NCBI GenBank assembly: GCA_030607575.1
Contig: JAUWJS010000001.1
Span: forward strand, 3,668 to 67,667
Direction of reading: 5' to 3'
DNA: 64,000 nt
Source of the DNA: Candidatus Heimdallarchaeota archaeon
GTDB lineage: Archaea > Asgardarchaeota > Heimdallarchaeia > Heimdallarchaeales > Heimdallarchaeaceae
Position numbers and translations under genes: made by a program. Under the pieces are notes generated by a model. The model was not told where the DNA came from, did no database searches, and saw nothing but the letters and a program-made list of their open reading frames with translations. Shown here piece after piece: positions 27,841-40,985 of this stretch; the first letter of the stretch is position 1; the number at the start of each line of letters is the position of its first letter.

Positions 27841-29217
27841 TCAATATGAAGTCAATGAAACATCTTTATCTTTAGTTAATGTTTTGGGTCTTATTTTCTT
27901 CCAGATCTTCTTAATTGTTTCAGCATCATTTGGGTGAGCATAAACTCTTACAAGTGTAAAAAGAGACCTATAAGCTCTTGGACCAGCGAAAGTTGTAATA
28001 TAGGAGGTTGTGTTCAAAGCCTCATTAAGAGTGAATGATTTTGAGCCAGGACGAATTTTTTCATAAGGATCATAAATATATATATTTGAAGCTTGAAATT
28101 CTTGTTCATTAATTGTTGATAGTTTGTAAGTAGAATCAATTTTCATATCAAATTCCAAAGAAATATTCTTTTCTTCTGTGTAACTTTTGATTTTCTTGAT
28201 GAATGATTCTTGAGAAGTTATATTACATAAATCTTCAACACTAACACCTAAATTTTCAGCTGTTGATTCATCAATAATCTTTTCCCAAACAGCCTTGTAA
28301 AGCCTACGATCAAACAAATCTTTAACAAGTGATTTTGCTTTTGCAAGCTTATCAGAATCTTTTGAGAATATTTCACCAACAAGGGTATATTCGTTTAAAT
28401 AGGTATATGCTGCTAAATCATTTGTTCGTTCTATGAGATTCAATGGCTCACAAGCTTCTCTTAACATTTCATGAATCGTTATATCTGCTGCTCTAGCAGT
28501 TTTATGGAAATACACATTTTTGTATTCGAAAAATCTTCCAATAAGGGATGAATAGATATCATCCAAACATTTCCAATTATAGTGAATTGCATCTTTCCTG
28601 AGGTGTTTTTGAATCGTTGTATTGTTAATAATCCGATTAACAGCTATTATACCAAAATGCAATGTACCTGCAAAGAAAGAATCTCTGAGCATAAAGTCCA
28701 ATCTGTCTGCACCAAGTGCTCCTTGAATCAGGGGGTGCATGATATAATTCTCTCCATCCCAGACTTTCATGAGTTCTTCTGGGGCGATAAATTCTTCAAT
28801 AAATGGCTTTAGAAACTCAGAGTTAACCATTTTGTCTCGATGGACATCATGTCCATGAGGTGCGTTTGGATATACTCTTTTAAAGACAACATCATCATAT
28901 GTGTGGCTAAAAGGACCATGACCTATGTCATGTAAGAGTCCAGCTAAACGTGCTAGTTGAGTTTTTTCCACTACATCGTCATCTTCTCTAAAAACTTCTT
29001 CAGCATATTTACCTGCTAAGTGCATGACACCAACACTATGGGTAAATCTGGAATGGATAGCTGAAGGATAAACTTGTCTAACACCTGATAATTGGCTGAT
29101 CCATCTTAATCTTTGAAAAATGGGTGTGTCTATGATTTTATTCTCGATTTCTGTCATACGTATTTCATCGTATATAGGATCTCGAATTGTACGTGCAAAA
29201 TTCAGCGCCTTTGTCAT
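27841..29217 (-). CDS. HD-domain phosphohydrolase (dGTPase/dNTP triphosphohydrolase-like, COG1078).
   Basis: HSRFTHSVGVMHLAGKYAE ... LLHDIGHGPFSH is the classical H ... HD ... metal-binding motif of HD-superfamily dNTPases. 458 aa. Confidence 0.6.
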   Translation of the reverse strand: MTKALNFARTIRDPIYDEIRMTEIENKIIDTPIFQRLRWISQLSGVRQVYPSAIHSRFTHSVGVMHLAGKYAEEVFREDDDVVEKTQLARLAGLLHDIGHGPFSHTYDDVVFKRVYPNAPHGHDVHRDKMVNSEFLKPFIEEFIAPEELMKVWDGENYIMHPLIQGALGADRLDFMLRDSFFAGTLHFGIIAVNRIINNTTIQKHLRKDAIHYNWKCLDDIYSSLIGRFFEYKNVYFHKTARAADITIHEMLREACEPLNLIERTNDLAAYTYLNEYTLVGEIFSKDSDKLAKAKSLVKDLFDRRLYKAVWEKIIDESTAENLGVSVEDLCNITSQESFIKKIKSYTEEKNISLEFDMKIDSTYKLSTINEQEFQASNIYIYDPYEKIRPGSKSFTLNEALNTTSYITTFAGPRAYRSLFTLVRVYAHPNDAETIKKIWKKIRPKTLTKDKDVSLTSY

Positions 29218-29378
29218 AGGAATTCCTCAATACACTTATTGCTTAATTAATATTACAACCTTTTAATCTTTTTGCTCATTAATAGAATCACGACAAAATT
29301 CGATTCAGCGCCTCTAGATGCAATAGTGGATTAACTCAAACCAATAAATACCTGTTTAAATCATAGAATCTAAATTGT

Positions 29379-29455
29379 TGGTGGACCGACCGGGATTTGA
29401 ACCCGGGGCTACTTCATTGCGAACGAAGCGATCTACCAGGCTGATCTATCGGCCC
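29379..29455 (-). tRNA. tRNA-Ala (anticodon CGC) with the G3:U70 identity pair, 3' CCA encoded.
   Basis: The reverse complement folds as acceptor GGGCCGA/TCGGTCC (G3:U70 wobble), D-arm GATC-AGCCTGGTA-GATC, anticodon stem CTTCG/TGAAG with loop TTCGCAA, T-arm CCGGG-TTCAAAT-CCCGG, then A plus CCA. Confidence 0.85.
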
Positions 29456-29561
29456 AAATGTTTTATTATCATTTGTAACAATTAATAAATTTTAGTTTAG
29501 AAAGAGAATTCTGAAATTGAAGTTTTTCAAAAAAGGATTGATTAGGAAGAATAATAATATT

Positions 29562-29975
29562 CTATCCAGGACTCTTTATTCGCATGATTTTGCTTTTTCC
29601 AATTGCTTTCCAGTATTCAACTTCAGCTCCTTCCTTAATTTGAGCTTTCATCTCTTCTTCACTTGGTAGAGCAGTTTCAAATGTTTCATAAGTTTCGAGA
29701 TCCATCATTTGCGCACTGTCGTTACCAACAGATATAACTTGAGCATTTCTTTTATCAATGATTGGAGATTGTAGCTTTAAGTCACCTGGAATGGAAATTT
29801 CTGTTTTACTTCCTGTAAATATATTTTCTATTTTCATTCTACATTTTGTGTGACCATGTTTGCCACTTTTTGATTTTTCAATTGAACGAACGAGAAAAAC
29901 TTCGTCGTTTTGAATAATATGATTTCCTTCCTTAATTTGGCTAGCTCTAACTGGTGTAATATCATATTCAGACAT
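29562..29975 (-). CDS. eif5a: Translation initiation factor 5A (aIF-5A).
   Basis: The hypusine-loop motif SKSGKHGHTK and OB-fold C-terminal domain; 137 aa. Confidence 0.85.
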   Translation of the reverse strand: MSEYDITPVRASQIKEGNHIIQNDEVFLVRSIEKSKSGKHGHTKCRMKIENIFTGSKTEISIPGDLKLQSPIIDKRNAQVISVGNDSAQMMDLETYETFETALPSEEEMKAQIKEGAEVEYWKAIGKSKIMRIKSPG

Positions 29976-30148
29976 TTTTTGTTCCCCTTTGAAATCTTTT
30001 TCTTTTTTATTGATAAGTTCAATTGATATAATATATTTAAAGGATTTTGGTCATCATTTTCAAACTATCTTATACAGAAATGTAAACCAATAGAATCAGT
30101 TGTGAACTAATTAAAGAGTAGAAGAGATGGATTTATCCATCAAAAGAA

Positions 30149-30592
30149 CTATCTTTGAGGTTTGGGCTTCTTACCAATAACAATTTGCTTGATAGCAACT
30201 CCATTAATATGAGTAACCTGCCATTTAACGCCAGGAATATCTCCCATTGCTCCCTTCTGAGCTCCCCCAATACTACAAACAATTACTTCATCATGTTCAT
30301 CAATATATAAGAGCCCACCGTCATGAGGAACAAAAGCACCCACTTGTTTTCCATTTTTAGTAAGTCTAACTCTTACACATTTTCTTAAAGCTGAGTTTGG
30401 TTGTTTGCTTTCTACACCATATTTCTCAACAACAATGCCTCTTGCTGCTGGACTACCTTCAAGTGGATCAGTCTTTTTATCTAATCTTAACATTCTTCGC
30501 TTGTACTGCATATCCTTCCATCGGAAGTGTTTTCTTTTATTTTTGAGTTTTCTAGCAGCGAATTCGCCTTTCGGACTTTTGGATCCTGTCAT
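30149..30592 (-). CDS. rps12: 30S ribosomal protein S12 (uS12).
   Basis: [31 protein letters not shown] is the universal uS12 signature. Confidence 0.9.
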   Translation of the reverse strand: MTGSKSPKGEFAARKLKNKRKHFRWKDMQYKRRMLRLDKKTDPLEGSPAARGIVVEKYGVESKQPNSALRKCVRVRLTKNGKQVGAFVPHDGGLLYIDEHDEVIVCSIGGAQKGAMGDIPGVKWQVTHINGVAIKQIVIGKKPKPQR

Positions 30593-30736
30593 AATATCAC
30601 ATTTTTGCTTAATAGTTCAAACATTAACTATTAGTTAAAGTTCCCTCATAAGATTTTAATAAAAACTTTCTGTTCACTTACTTTTAACTCATTTAACTTG
30701 AATAAAAGAAAAAAGTGGAGATACAACAAAGCTTGA

Positions 30737-34698
<3,962 letters not shown>

Positions 34699-34733
34699 TC
34701 TATTTCCTCAAAAAATTGTAGAATCCCTACACT

Positions 34734-34745
34734 AGTCACGTGACT
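34734..34745. promoter_or_regulatory. Perfect 12-bp palindrome AGTCACGTGACT (CACGTG core) in the divergent rpoA'/folD intergenic region.
   Basis: Read directly from the sequence. A dyad-symmetric site of this kind is typical of a dimeric transcription-factor operator. It lies ~35 bp upstream of the rpoA' start codon. Confidence 0.3.
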
Positions 34746-34914
34746 TTACAACACGGCTTCTAGTAATTGATAAAAACCTTTTGATTCCCAACCGTTTGCA
34801 AAGCTGAGATTCTGTTCTAGATGTGTTTGGTAATTTGGAAAGGAAATCTGTAAATCCTCATAATTTATTAAGCGCTTAAAGAATTATTAATCAAGAACAT
34901 GAAAATATATTATA

Positions 34915-35850
34915 GTGATATTCATGATAATTGATGGAAGAAAGTTTTCAAAAGAGTATACAAATAAAGTACTCAAACCTCGTTGTGAAGTTATAAAAGG
35001 AAAATACAATAAAGCACTCAAATTATCTACCATACTTGTGGGTGAAGATCCTGCTTCAGAGTCTTATCGTAGGATAAGAGAGAAGTTTTTTGCAAATCTT
35101 TGTGTTGAATCTGATGTTCTTCAGCTTCCTGAAGAAACAACAGAGGAGGAACTTTTAGACATAATAGATAAACAAAATAATGATGATAGTATCAATGGAA
35201 TACTTGTTCAATTGCCTTTGCCTAAACATATGGATGAAGATAAAATCATAGAAAGTATCTCTCTAAATAAAGACATTGAAGGTTTATCTCCTGGCAATGT
35301 TCATGCTTGGACAAAATCTGCCCCCAATTTAATTCCTGCAACAGCTTTAGGTGTTCTTGCGTTATTGAAACATTATAAAATACCATTATACGGAAAACAT
35401 GCTGTAGTTGTTGGAAGAAGTATGATAGTTGGAAAACCAGTAGCTCACCTTCTTCTACGAGAACATGCAACTGTAACAATATGTCATTCAAGATCAAAAC
35501 CACTTGAGAAATATACTCGTGAGGCAGATATTCTTGTTGCAGCTGTAGGGCGCCCCCATCTTATTCGAAAAGGCATGGTGAAAGAAGATGCTGTGATTAT
35601 AGATGTAGGCGTTAACTTCGAGGATGGCAAACTGTTGGGGGATGTAGACTTTGAAGACTTAAAAGACAATGTCGCTTATATTTCCCCTGTTCCTGGTGGA
35701 AGTGGTCCAGCTACAGTTTGTATGCTAGCAAGCAACCTGCTTTTAGCTTTTGAGCTCAAACAAGCAAAAGATGACCTTAATCTTCAGAAATGTATTCGAG
35801 AGTATTATGCAGATTATGAAGCAAAAGGAGACAAAAATCCTTGTATATAG
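34915..35850 (+). CDS. folD: Bifunctional methylenetetrahydrofolate dehydrogenase/methenyl-THF cyclohydrolase.
   Basis: VVGRSMIVGKPVAHLLL ... ATVTICHSRS ... DVGVN ... PVPGGSGPATVCML are FolD signatures. Confidence 0.85.
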   Translation: MIFMIIDGRKFSKEYTNKVLKPRCEVIKGKYNKALKLSTILVGEDPASESYRRIREKFFANLCVESDVLQLPEETTEEELLDIIDKQNNDDSINGILVQLPLPKHMDEDKIIESISLNKDIEGLSPGNVHAWTKSAPNLIPATALGVLALLKHYKIPLYGKHAVVVGRSMIVGKPVAHLLLREHATVTICHSRSKPLEKYTREADILVAAVGRPHLIRKGMVKEDAVIIDVGVNFEDGKLLGDVDFEDLKDNVAYISPVPGGSGPATVCMLASNLLLAFELKQAKDDLNLQKCIREYYADYEAKGDKNPCI

Positions 35851-35871
35851 TTCAAGAAAACTATTTAGAAT

Positions 35872-36261
35872 ATGGTTAACAACATAAAAACAATGATAGA
35901 ACCTACACTCAACGCCAGATTAGAAATTGATGAGCGAGAATATCATATGACTGCAGTCTTCTTGGAAAACGCAGTCTCTTTATACATTTATGAGGAAACT
36001 CCCAAACTTGGAACACTTGCTATATCAGTTCCTGGTACAGACATTATGCAAGCTTCAACTCTTTACGTTACCGGATCATCAGATGCTCATTTTGTAAGAA
36101 TGCTAGGAGAAAGATTTGCTACACAGTTTCAGAAATTAGTTTTATTATCTTTATGTCTGCAAGAAACTTCAAATGAGCTTATCTTAAAAATAATGCAACA
36201 AGTAGAAAACATAATTATTGAAGAAAAAAAGAAAAATAGTGAAAGGGATAATAATCCCTAA
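35872..36261 (+). CDS. Hypothetical protein (129 aa).
   Basis: An ORF co-oriented after folD. No recognisable motif. Confidence 0.3.
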   Translation: MVNNIKTMIEPTLNARLEIDEREYHMTAVFLENAVSLYIYEETPKLGTLAISVPGTDIMQASTLYVTGSSDAHFVRMLGERFATQFQKLVLLSLCLQETSNELILKIMQQVENIIIEEKKKNSERDNNP

Positions 36262-36267
36262 TTCAAG

Positions 36268-37647
36268 TTATTTTAATATAGACAAACCTGGATATAATGG
36301 GAAATGTTTTGTAAGCTCTAAAATATCCTCTTTAACTTTGGCGCATACTTCTGGGCTTCCTTTTGCCTTTATAACTGTTGAAAGACCTTCTGCTATTACT
36401 TTCATTTCTGATTCTTTCATTCCTCTAGAGGTTATAGCTGGGGTTCCGAGTCTTAAACCTGAAGGATTGAAAGGACTTGAAGGTTCATAAGGTACTGTGT
36501 TTTTGTTTAGTGTTATACCAGCTTCATCTAAAGCTGTTTGAATTAGTCCTCCTTGCCCAATTAGATCTTCAGGACGCAAGTCAATGAGAATAAGATGATT
36601 GTCTGTTCCATTTGTAACAAGTTTTATTCCAAGAGCCATTAATTCATCTGCCAATACTTTTGCATTCTTAACAATTTGTTTTGCATAATCTTTAAACTCA
36701 GGTTTCATAGCTTCTGCAAATGCTACAGCTCTTGCTGCAGTAGAATGATCATGAGGTCCTCCTTGCAAACCTGGAAACACTGCTGAATCTATCAATCGTG
36801 CTAAACTAAATGGTTCACCTGCCTTTGTTTTCTTATTTGGATGGTGTATCTCATGTAATCTATCTTCAGTCTTACACATAATGATTGCACCACGTGGTCC
36901 TCTAAGACTTTTGTGAGTTGTAGTTGTTACAACGTCAGCATAAGGTATAGGACTTTCATGTGCTCCACCTACAACCAAACCTGAAATATGAGAAATATCT
37001 GCAAGCTGGTAAGCATCAACTTCTTCTGCAATATCTTGGAAAGCCTTGAAGTCGATTTTTCTGGGATATGCGGTTAAACCGGATATAATCATTTTGGGTT
37101 TTTCTTTTCTAGCTAGTTCATGGATAACTGCCATATCTAGCATTTCTGTCTCTTTATCAACATCATAGCTAACACAAGCATAATTCTTACCAGAGAAGTT
37201 TACATGACTTCCATGAGTAAGATGACCTCCTGATGTAAGACTGAAACCTAGGAATTTATCTTTTAGATTTAGTAAAGCAAAGAAAACAGCTTGATTAGCT
37301 GGAGAGCCAGAATACGGTTGAACATTAACATGTTCACATCCAAAGAGCTCCTTGGCGCGTTCTATAGCTAGAATTTCAACTTCATCTACAATTTCATTTC
37401 CACCGTAGTACCTTTTCTTAGGGTAACCTTCGGAGTATTTGTTGGTGAAAACGCTCCCCATAGCCTGAAGAACAGATCGATAAGTGTAATTTTCAGAAGG
37501 AATAAGCTCTATGCCTTCTTCCTGACGTTTTAATTCTCTTAGAAGCATATCAGCAACTTCTGGATCAGAATTAGCTAAATTATTCATTAAATTCATAATT
37601 AATCCTCTGAAGAACATCATTGTGTTTTCTTTAAATATTTTTTTCAA
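36268..37647 (-). CDS. glyA: Serine hydroxymethyltransferase.
   Basis: LIPSENYTY, GGHLTHGSHVNFSG and the PLP-lysine region TTTTHKSLRGPRGAII. The true start is probably an internal Met (MNLMNNLANSDPEV). Confidence 0.9.
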   Translation of the reverse strand: MKKIFKENTMMFFRGLIMNLMNNLANSDPEVADMLLRELKRQEEGIELIPSENYTYRSVLQAMGSVFTNKYSEGYPKKRYYGGNEIVDEVEILAIERAKELFGCEHVNVQPYSGSPANQAVFFALLNLKDKFLGFSLTSGGHLTHGSHVNFSGKNYACVSYDVDKETEMLDMAVIHELARKEKPKMIISGLTAYPRKIDFKAFQDIAEEVDAYQLADISHISGLVVGGAHESPIPYADVVTTTTHKSLRGPRGAIIMCKTEDRLHEIHHPNKKTKAGEPFSLARLIDSAVFPGLQGGPHDHSTAARAVAFAEAMKPEFKDYAKQIVKNAKVLADELMALGIKLVTNGTDNHLILIDLRPEDLIGQGGLIQTALDEAGITLNKNTVPYEPSSPFNPSGLRLGTPAITSRGMKESEMKVIAEGLSTVIKAKGSPEVCAKVKEDILELTKHFPLYPGLSILK

Positions 37648-37680
37648 TCACACTAGTGCGCAAAAACATAGTTTTTGAAA

Positions 37681-37716
37681 ATCTTACCACACAATAAATA
37701 ATTTACGTGGAAAGAT
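37681..37716. repeat. Second copy of a conserved dyad element: ATCTTACCAC, 16-bp AT-rich spacer, GTGGAAAGAT. Compare 14156..14191. Its right arm is extended by the nested palindrome GTGGAAAGATTTCCAC.
   Basis: It has the same 10-bp arms (one mismatch) and the same 16-bp spacer length as the element at 14156. Both are intergenic. It sits between the ubiD-like 3' end and the glyA 5' end. Confidence 0.4.
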
Positions 37717-37754
37717 TTCCACACCTTATGATTTTCGCTTATTTTTCTTTTCTT

Positions 37755-39077
37755 CTAAAATGGTATTATTCTCTCGTATCCCGTTTTCCCTCTTTTCTTT
37801 GTTGCATCTACTATTACTTTTATTGAAGTATTGCCAGCTCTATTGCGTGAAGGATCAAGTGATGATCCACCCATATTTTCAAGTATGGTTATATCATTGG
37901 CCCCGGCTCTAGTAATTCTTGCCCATTCAACTGCTTTGATATCACATATATCTATATCTTCATCCACTACTGTACACCATTTAAGTGAAGGGTGTGCCTC
38001 AAAAGCTGTCAAACCAACTTTCTGCCCATCTATATCTGTTTGAGTTGTCACTGAAATTACCGCGCTTAACCACCCACACCCACTGGGAGTTAGGTAAACC
38101 CCGTGCACTTTGGGGACAACTTTACTCACACGGTTGTGAATTTCTGCTTCACGTGGAAATCCCATAAGAATGAAATGTTCTTCATAAGCAGGAAGAATAG
38201 TCTGGAAGATAGGATCATCTCGATAAAGTAAGTCTTCAAATTGAATGATGGGTTGGGTACGAATATCATCAGGAGTACCTGTTATATCAACAAAAGGTCC
38301 TTCGGCTACTTCTTCATCGGCTAGAATTCTTCCTTCTAGAATAAATTCAACATCGGAAGGAACAGGAATACCATAACGGGGAGTTTTGAGAATGGAAAGA
38401 TTCCCTCTCATGAGGGAGTTAGCAATAGCAAGTTCAGATTTACCTGAGGGAGATGGAGAAGAAGCTGCCAAAGCTAGAATGGGATGATAACCATTAACGA
38501 CAGCAATAGGTGTATCCAAACCTTTACGCTTGTTCTCTAAAAAGATCTTATGTAAATTTCGGGGAACAATTCGAATAACTCCCTGTTGATCATTAAGAAC
38601 CATCATTCTATGGATGCTCATGTTAGGAATATCAGTATTGGGAAATTGTGCGAAAACAATACCTGAGGTGAGATATCTCTCAGCATCAGTAGGAAAGAAT
38701 TTAGGGATAGGGAGATGGGAGAGATTAACAGGTTTGGTGTTAGAGAAAGTAAGACTAGTTTCAACCTCCAAAGGATATTGAGGGTTAAGAAGCGATTGTT
38801 GAAAGAAGCTATAATAATCCTCATGTTCGTTTAAAACGAGTTTAAGTTGCTCGCGGGAAGAGAGAGTATTGCCTAAGAGAGGAAAGTGTGAATCTTCAAC
38901 ATTGGAAAACAAAACAGCTTTATTGTAGTTTGATTGAAGATGCTTCGTAATCTCATATTCCAACTTAACTTCATCATTAATCTCAACTAGAAAATCAGAT
39001 TGTTTGAGTGTTTCAAGATAGGGTCGTAAGCTCATAAAATCACAACTTCCTCTGAATACAAAAGATATAAGATACAA
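37755..39077 (-). CDS. UbiD-family (prenylated-FMN-dependent) decarboxylase.
   Basis: The N-terminal LRPYLETLKQSDFLVEINDEVKLEYEITKHL follows the UbiD N-terminal pattern (L-R-x-[FY]-[IL] ... G-E-L ... V-[DN] ... E-I). ~430-aa core length. Confidence 0.5.
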   Translation of the reverse strand: MYLISFVFRGSCDFMSLRPYLETLKQSDFLVEINDEVKLEYEITKHLQSNYNKAVLFSNVEDSHFPLLGNTLSSREQLKLVLNEHEDYYSFFQQSLLNPQYPLEVETSLTFSNTKPVNLSHLPIPKFFPTDAERYLTSGIVFAQFPNTDIPNMSIHRMMVLNDQQGVIRIVPRNLHKIFLENKRKGLDTPIAVVNGYHPILALAASSPSPSGKSELAIANSLMRGNLSILKTPRYGIPVPSDVEFILEGRILADEEVAEGPFVDITGTPDDIRTQPIIQFEDLLYRDDPIFQTILPAYEEHFILMGFPREAEIHNRVSKVVPKVHGVYLTPSGCGWLSAVISVTTQTDIDGQKVGLTAFEAHPSLKWCTVVDEDIDICDIKAVEWARITRAGANDITILENMGGSSLDPSRNRAGNTSIKVIVDATKKRGKTGYERIIPF

Positions 39078-39128
39078 TGATTTAAATATCTTGTTAGAAA
39101 GAAAACGATAGAAAAATCAGCCTTCCTT

Positions 39129-39213
39129 GCGGGGATTGCCGAGTGGTCAAAGGCGCTAGATTCAGATTCTAGTCCTTAGTGGTCCGGGAGTTCGAATCTC
39201 CCTTCCCGCACCA
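39129..39213 (+). tRNA. tRNA-Leu (anticodon CAG), long variable arm, 3' CCA encoded.
   Basis: Near-identical to the tRNA-Leu at 14329 except for the acceptor (GCGGGGA/TTCCCGC, including one G:U) and the anticodon loop TTCAGAT. Confidence 0.85.
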
Positions 39214-39252
39214 AAATGGCGATCAGTTTTATCAAAAACATAGGTGTAAATT

Positions 39253-39747
39253 ATGAAAATAGGAATCATGAGCGATAGTCATGATCACCGATCAAATATA
39301 AGAAAAGCTTTGGAACTTTTTACAGAAAAAGAAATAGACGCAATAATTCATGCTGGAGATTTAATTTCCCCATTTTGTGTAAAAATGTTTGAAGAATACA
39401 AAGGTAAATTCTATCTTTGTTCAGGGAACAATAAAGGTGATACGGCAGTCATATCAGAAATGATGAAAGAAGTTGGATTCTTTTATCCAGAAATAGGTGA
39501 AATCAGTTTAGATGGACAGAAGTTTGCTCTCTATCATGGTACAGAAGAGCTTATACTTAATTCCCTGATTTATTCAAAAACTCCTTATGATTATATTATA
39601 ACAGGACACACCCATAAGAAACTTCTGAAGAAAGTTGGAAAAACTATCATAATAAATCCCGGGGAAACTTTTGATTTATATGACCATCCAACAGTAGCAA
39701 TTCTTGATACAACAACACGTAAAGTAGACTTTTATTCACTAGATTAG
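39253..39747 (+). CDS. MJ0936/YfcE-family metallophosphoesterase.
   Basis: MKIGIMSDSHDH ... IIHAGDL ... GNNKGD ... GHTH are the calcineurin-like phosphoesterase metal-binding motifs. 164 aa. Confidence 0.75.
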   Translation: MKIGIMSDSHDHRSNIRKALELFTEKEIDAIIHAGDLISPFCVKMFEEYKGKFYLCSGNNKGDTAVISEMMKEVGFFYPEIGEISLDGQKFALYHGTEELILNSLIYSKTPYDYIITGHTHKKLLKKVGKTIIINPGETFDLYDHPTVAILDTTTRKVDFYSLD

Positions 39748-39756
39748 GGGAAAGAA

Positions 39757-40944
39757 TTGAAATATTCTCATTTACATTCCAATGGAGGGGTTATCGGGAA
39801 AGAGTTTAGAGAGTATGTTGAAGAACTCTTTGGTGGTGTTTTAGCTAAGAAATATTTCGAAAAAATATCTACACCAATGGAAGAATACACACTTCATGTT
39901 TTTCAGAAGTATGATACGATAGAACGAATAGTAGACAGTTTTGGACAGATCGGATATGAAACCAAAATACATAGTAAGTTCCCCAATGTAATAGTAACGA
40001 AACCAAAAGGACCATTTCCTTTAGAGTTTGAAGAAAATACGAAAGAGGTGATTGTTGATAATCGTGCAGCAGAGATGATCTATCAAGGATCAGATATTTT
40101 TATTCCAGGAGTTAAAAGAGCGAATAAAGTAAGGGTGGATGATATAGTTAAGGTACTGAACCAAGTAAAAATTCCTGTAGCAAAAGCAAAGGCTTTACTA
40201 AATCATCATGATATGTTGGTTAAAGGGAAAGGAGTTGCAGCAAGGAATTTAATTTCTCCGTTCAAGGTTCCAAACCTTCAACAAGTAGGTTTAGATGATT
40301 TTCCTGCATACTTTCAAAGTTTACCTGCTTATTTAACCAGTATGAATCTAGAACCGAAACCAAATGAAAAGATTCTTGATTGTTGCGCAGCACCCGGCAA
40401 CAAAACAATTCATCTAAATGAACTTTCAACAAGTGAAGCAGTGATTGTTGCAATTGATAGATCAAAGAACAGAATACAGAAACTAAACGAAAAAATAGAG
40501 AAATATAAACTAAAAAACATTCAAACAAAAGTAGGAGACATAATTAGTTTAAGTAGAGTTTGGTCTATGAAATTTGATAAAATCTTAGTTGATCCGCCCT
40601 GTACTTCTTTAGGATTAAGACCTAGGTTACTACTAGAAACAGACAAAAAAACTATCAAAGCAACAGCAATGTACCAGAAAGCAATTCTGCATTCTTGCAA
40701 TGATTTATTAAAACCAGGTGGCGCATTGGTTTATTCAACGTGTACTATCACAAAAGAGGAAAATGAAGAAGTTATTGATTATGCTAGTGAGGAACTAAGG
40801 TTGAAGATTGTAGAGCAACGGTATACTTTACCCAATTCGGGTTCAATAGTTGAAAATAAACCATATCCTGTTCAAAGGTTTATTCCGGGAGAACAAACTA
40901 CGTTGGGATATTTCATTGCTAAAGCTAATAAACCAAAAAGGTAA
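39757..40944 (+). CDS. NOL1/NOP2/Sun-family RNA cytosine-C5 methyltransferase.
   Basis: SAM-binding CAAPGNKT, motif IV DPPCTSLG and motif VI TCT(I) catalytic cysteines. Confidence 0.75.
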   Translation: MKYSHLHSNGGVIGKEFREYVEELFGGVLAKKYFEKISTPMEEYTLHVFQKYDTIERIVDSFGQIGYETKIHSKFPNVIVTKPKGPFPLEFEENTKEVIVDNRAAEMIYQGSDIFIPGVKRANKVRVDDIVKVLNQVKIPVAKAKALLNHHDMLVKGKGVAARNLISPFKVPNLQQVGLDDFPAYFQSLPAYLTSMNLEPKPNEKILDCCAAPGNKTIHLNELSTSEAVIVAIDRSKNRIQKLNEKIEKYKLKNIQTKVGDIISLSRVWSMKFDKILVDPPCTSLGLRPRLLLETDKKTIKATAMYQKAILHSCNDLLKPGGALVYSTCTITKEENEEVIDYASEELRLKIVEQRYTLPNSGSIVENKPYPVQRFIPGEQTTLGYFIAKANKPKR

Positions 40945-40985
40945 TACCGAACCTTTTTTAATTTCTATTCAATTTTTACCATAAG

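Noticed and set aside
29834-30022. A 62-aa ORF overlapping the aIF5A start region.
   Set aside because: It overlaps a conserved gene and the intergenic promoter on the same strand in another frame, with a Lys-rich low-complexity sequence. It is likely spurious.
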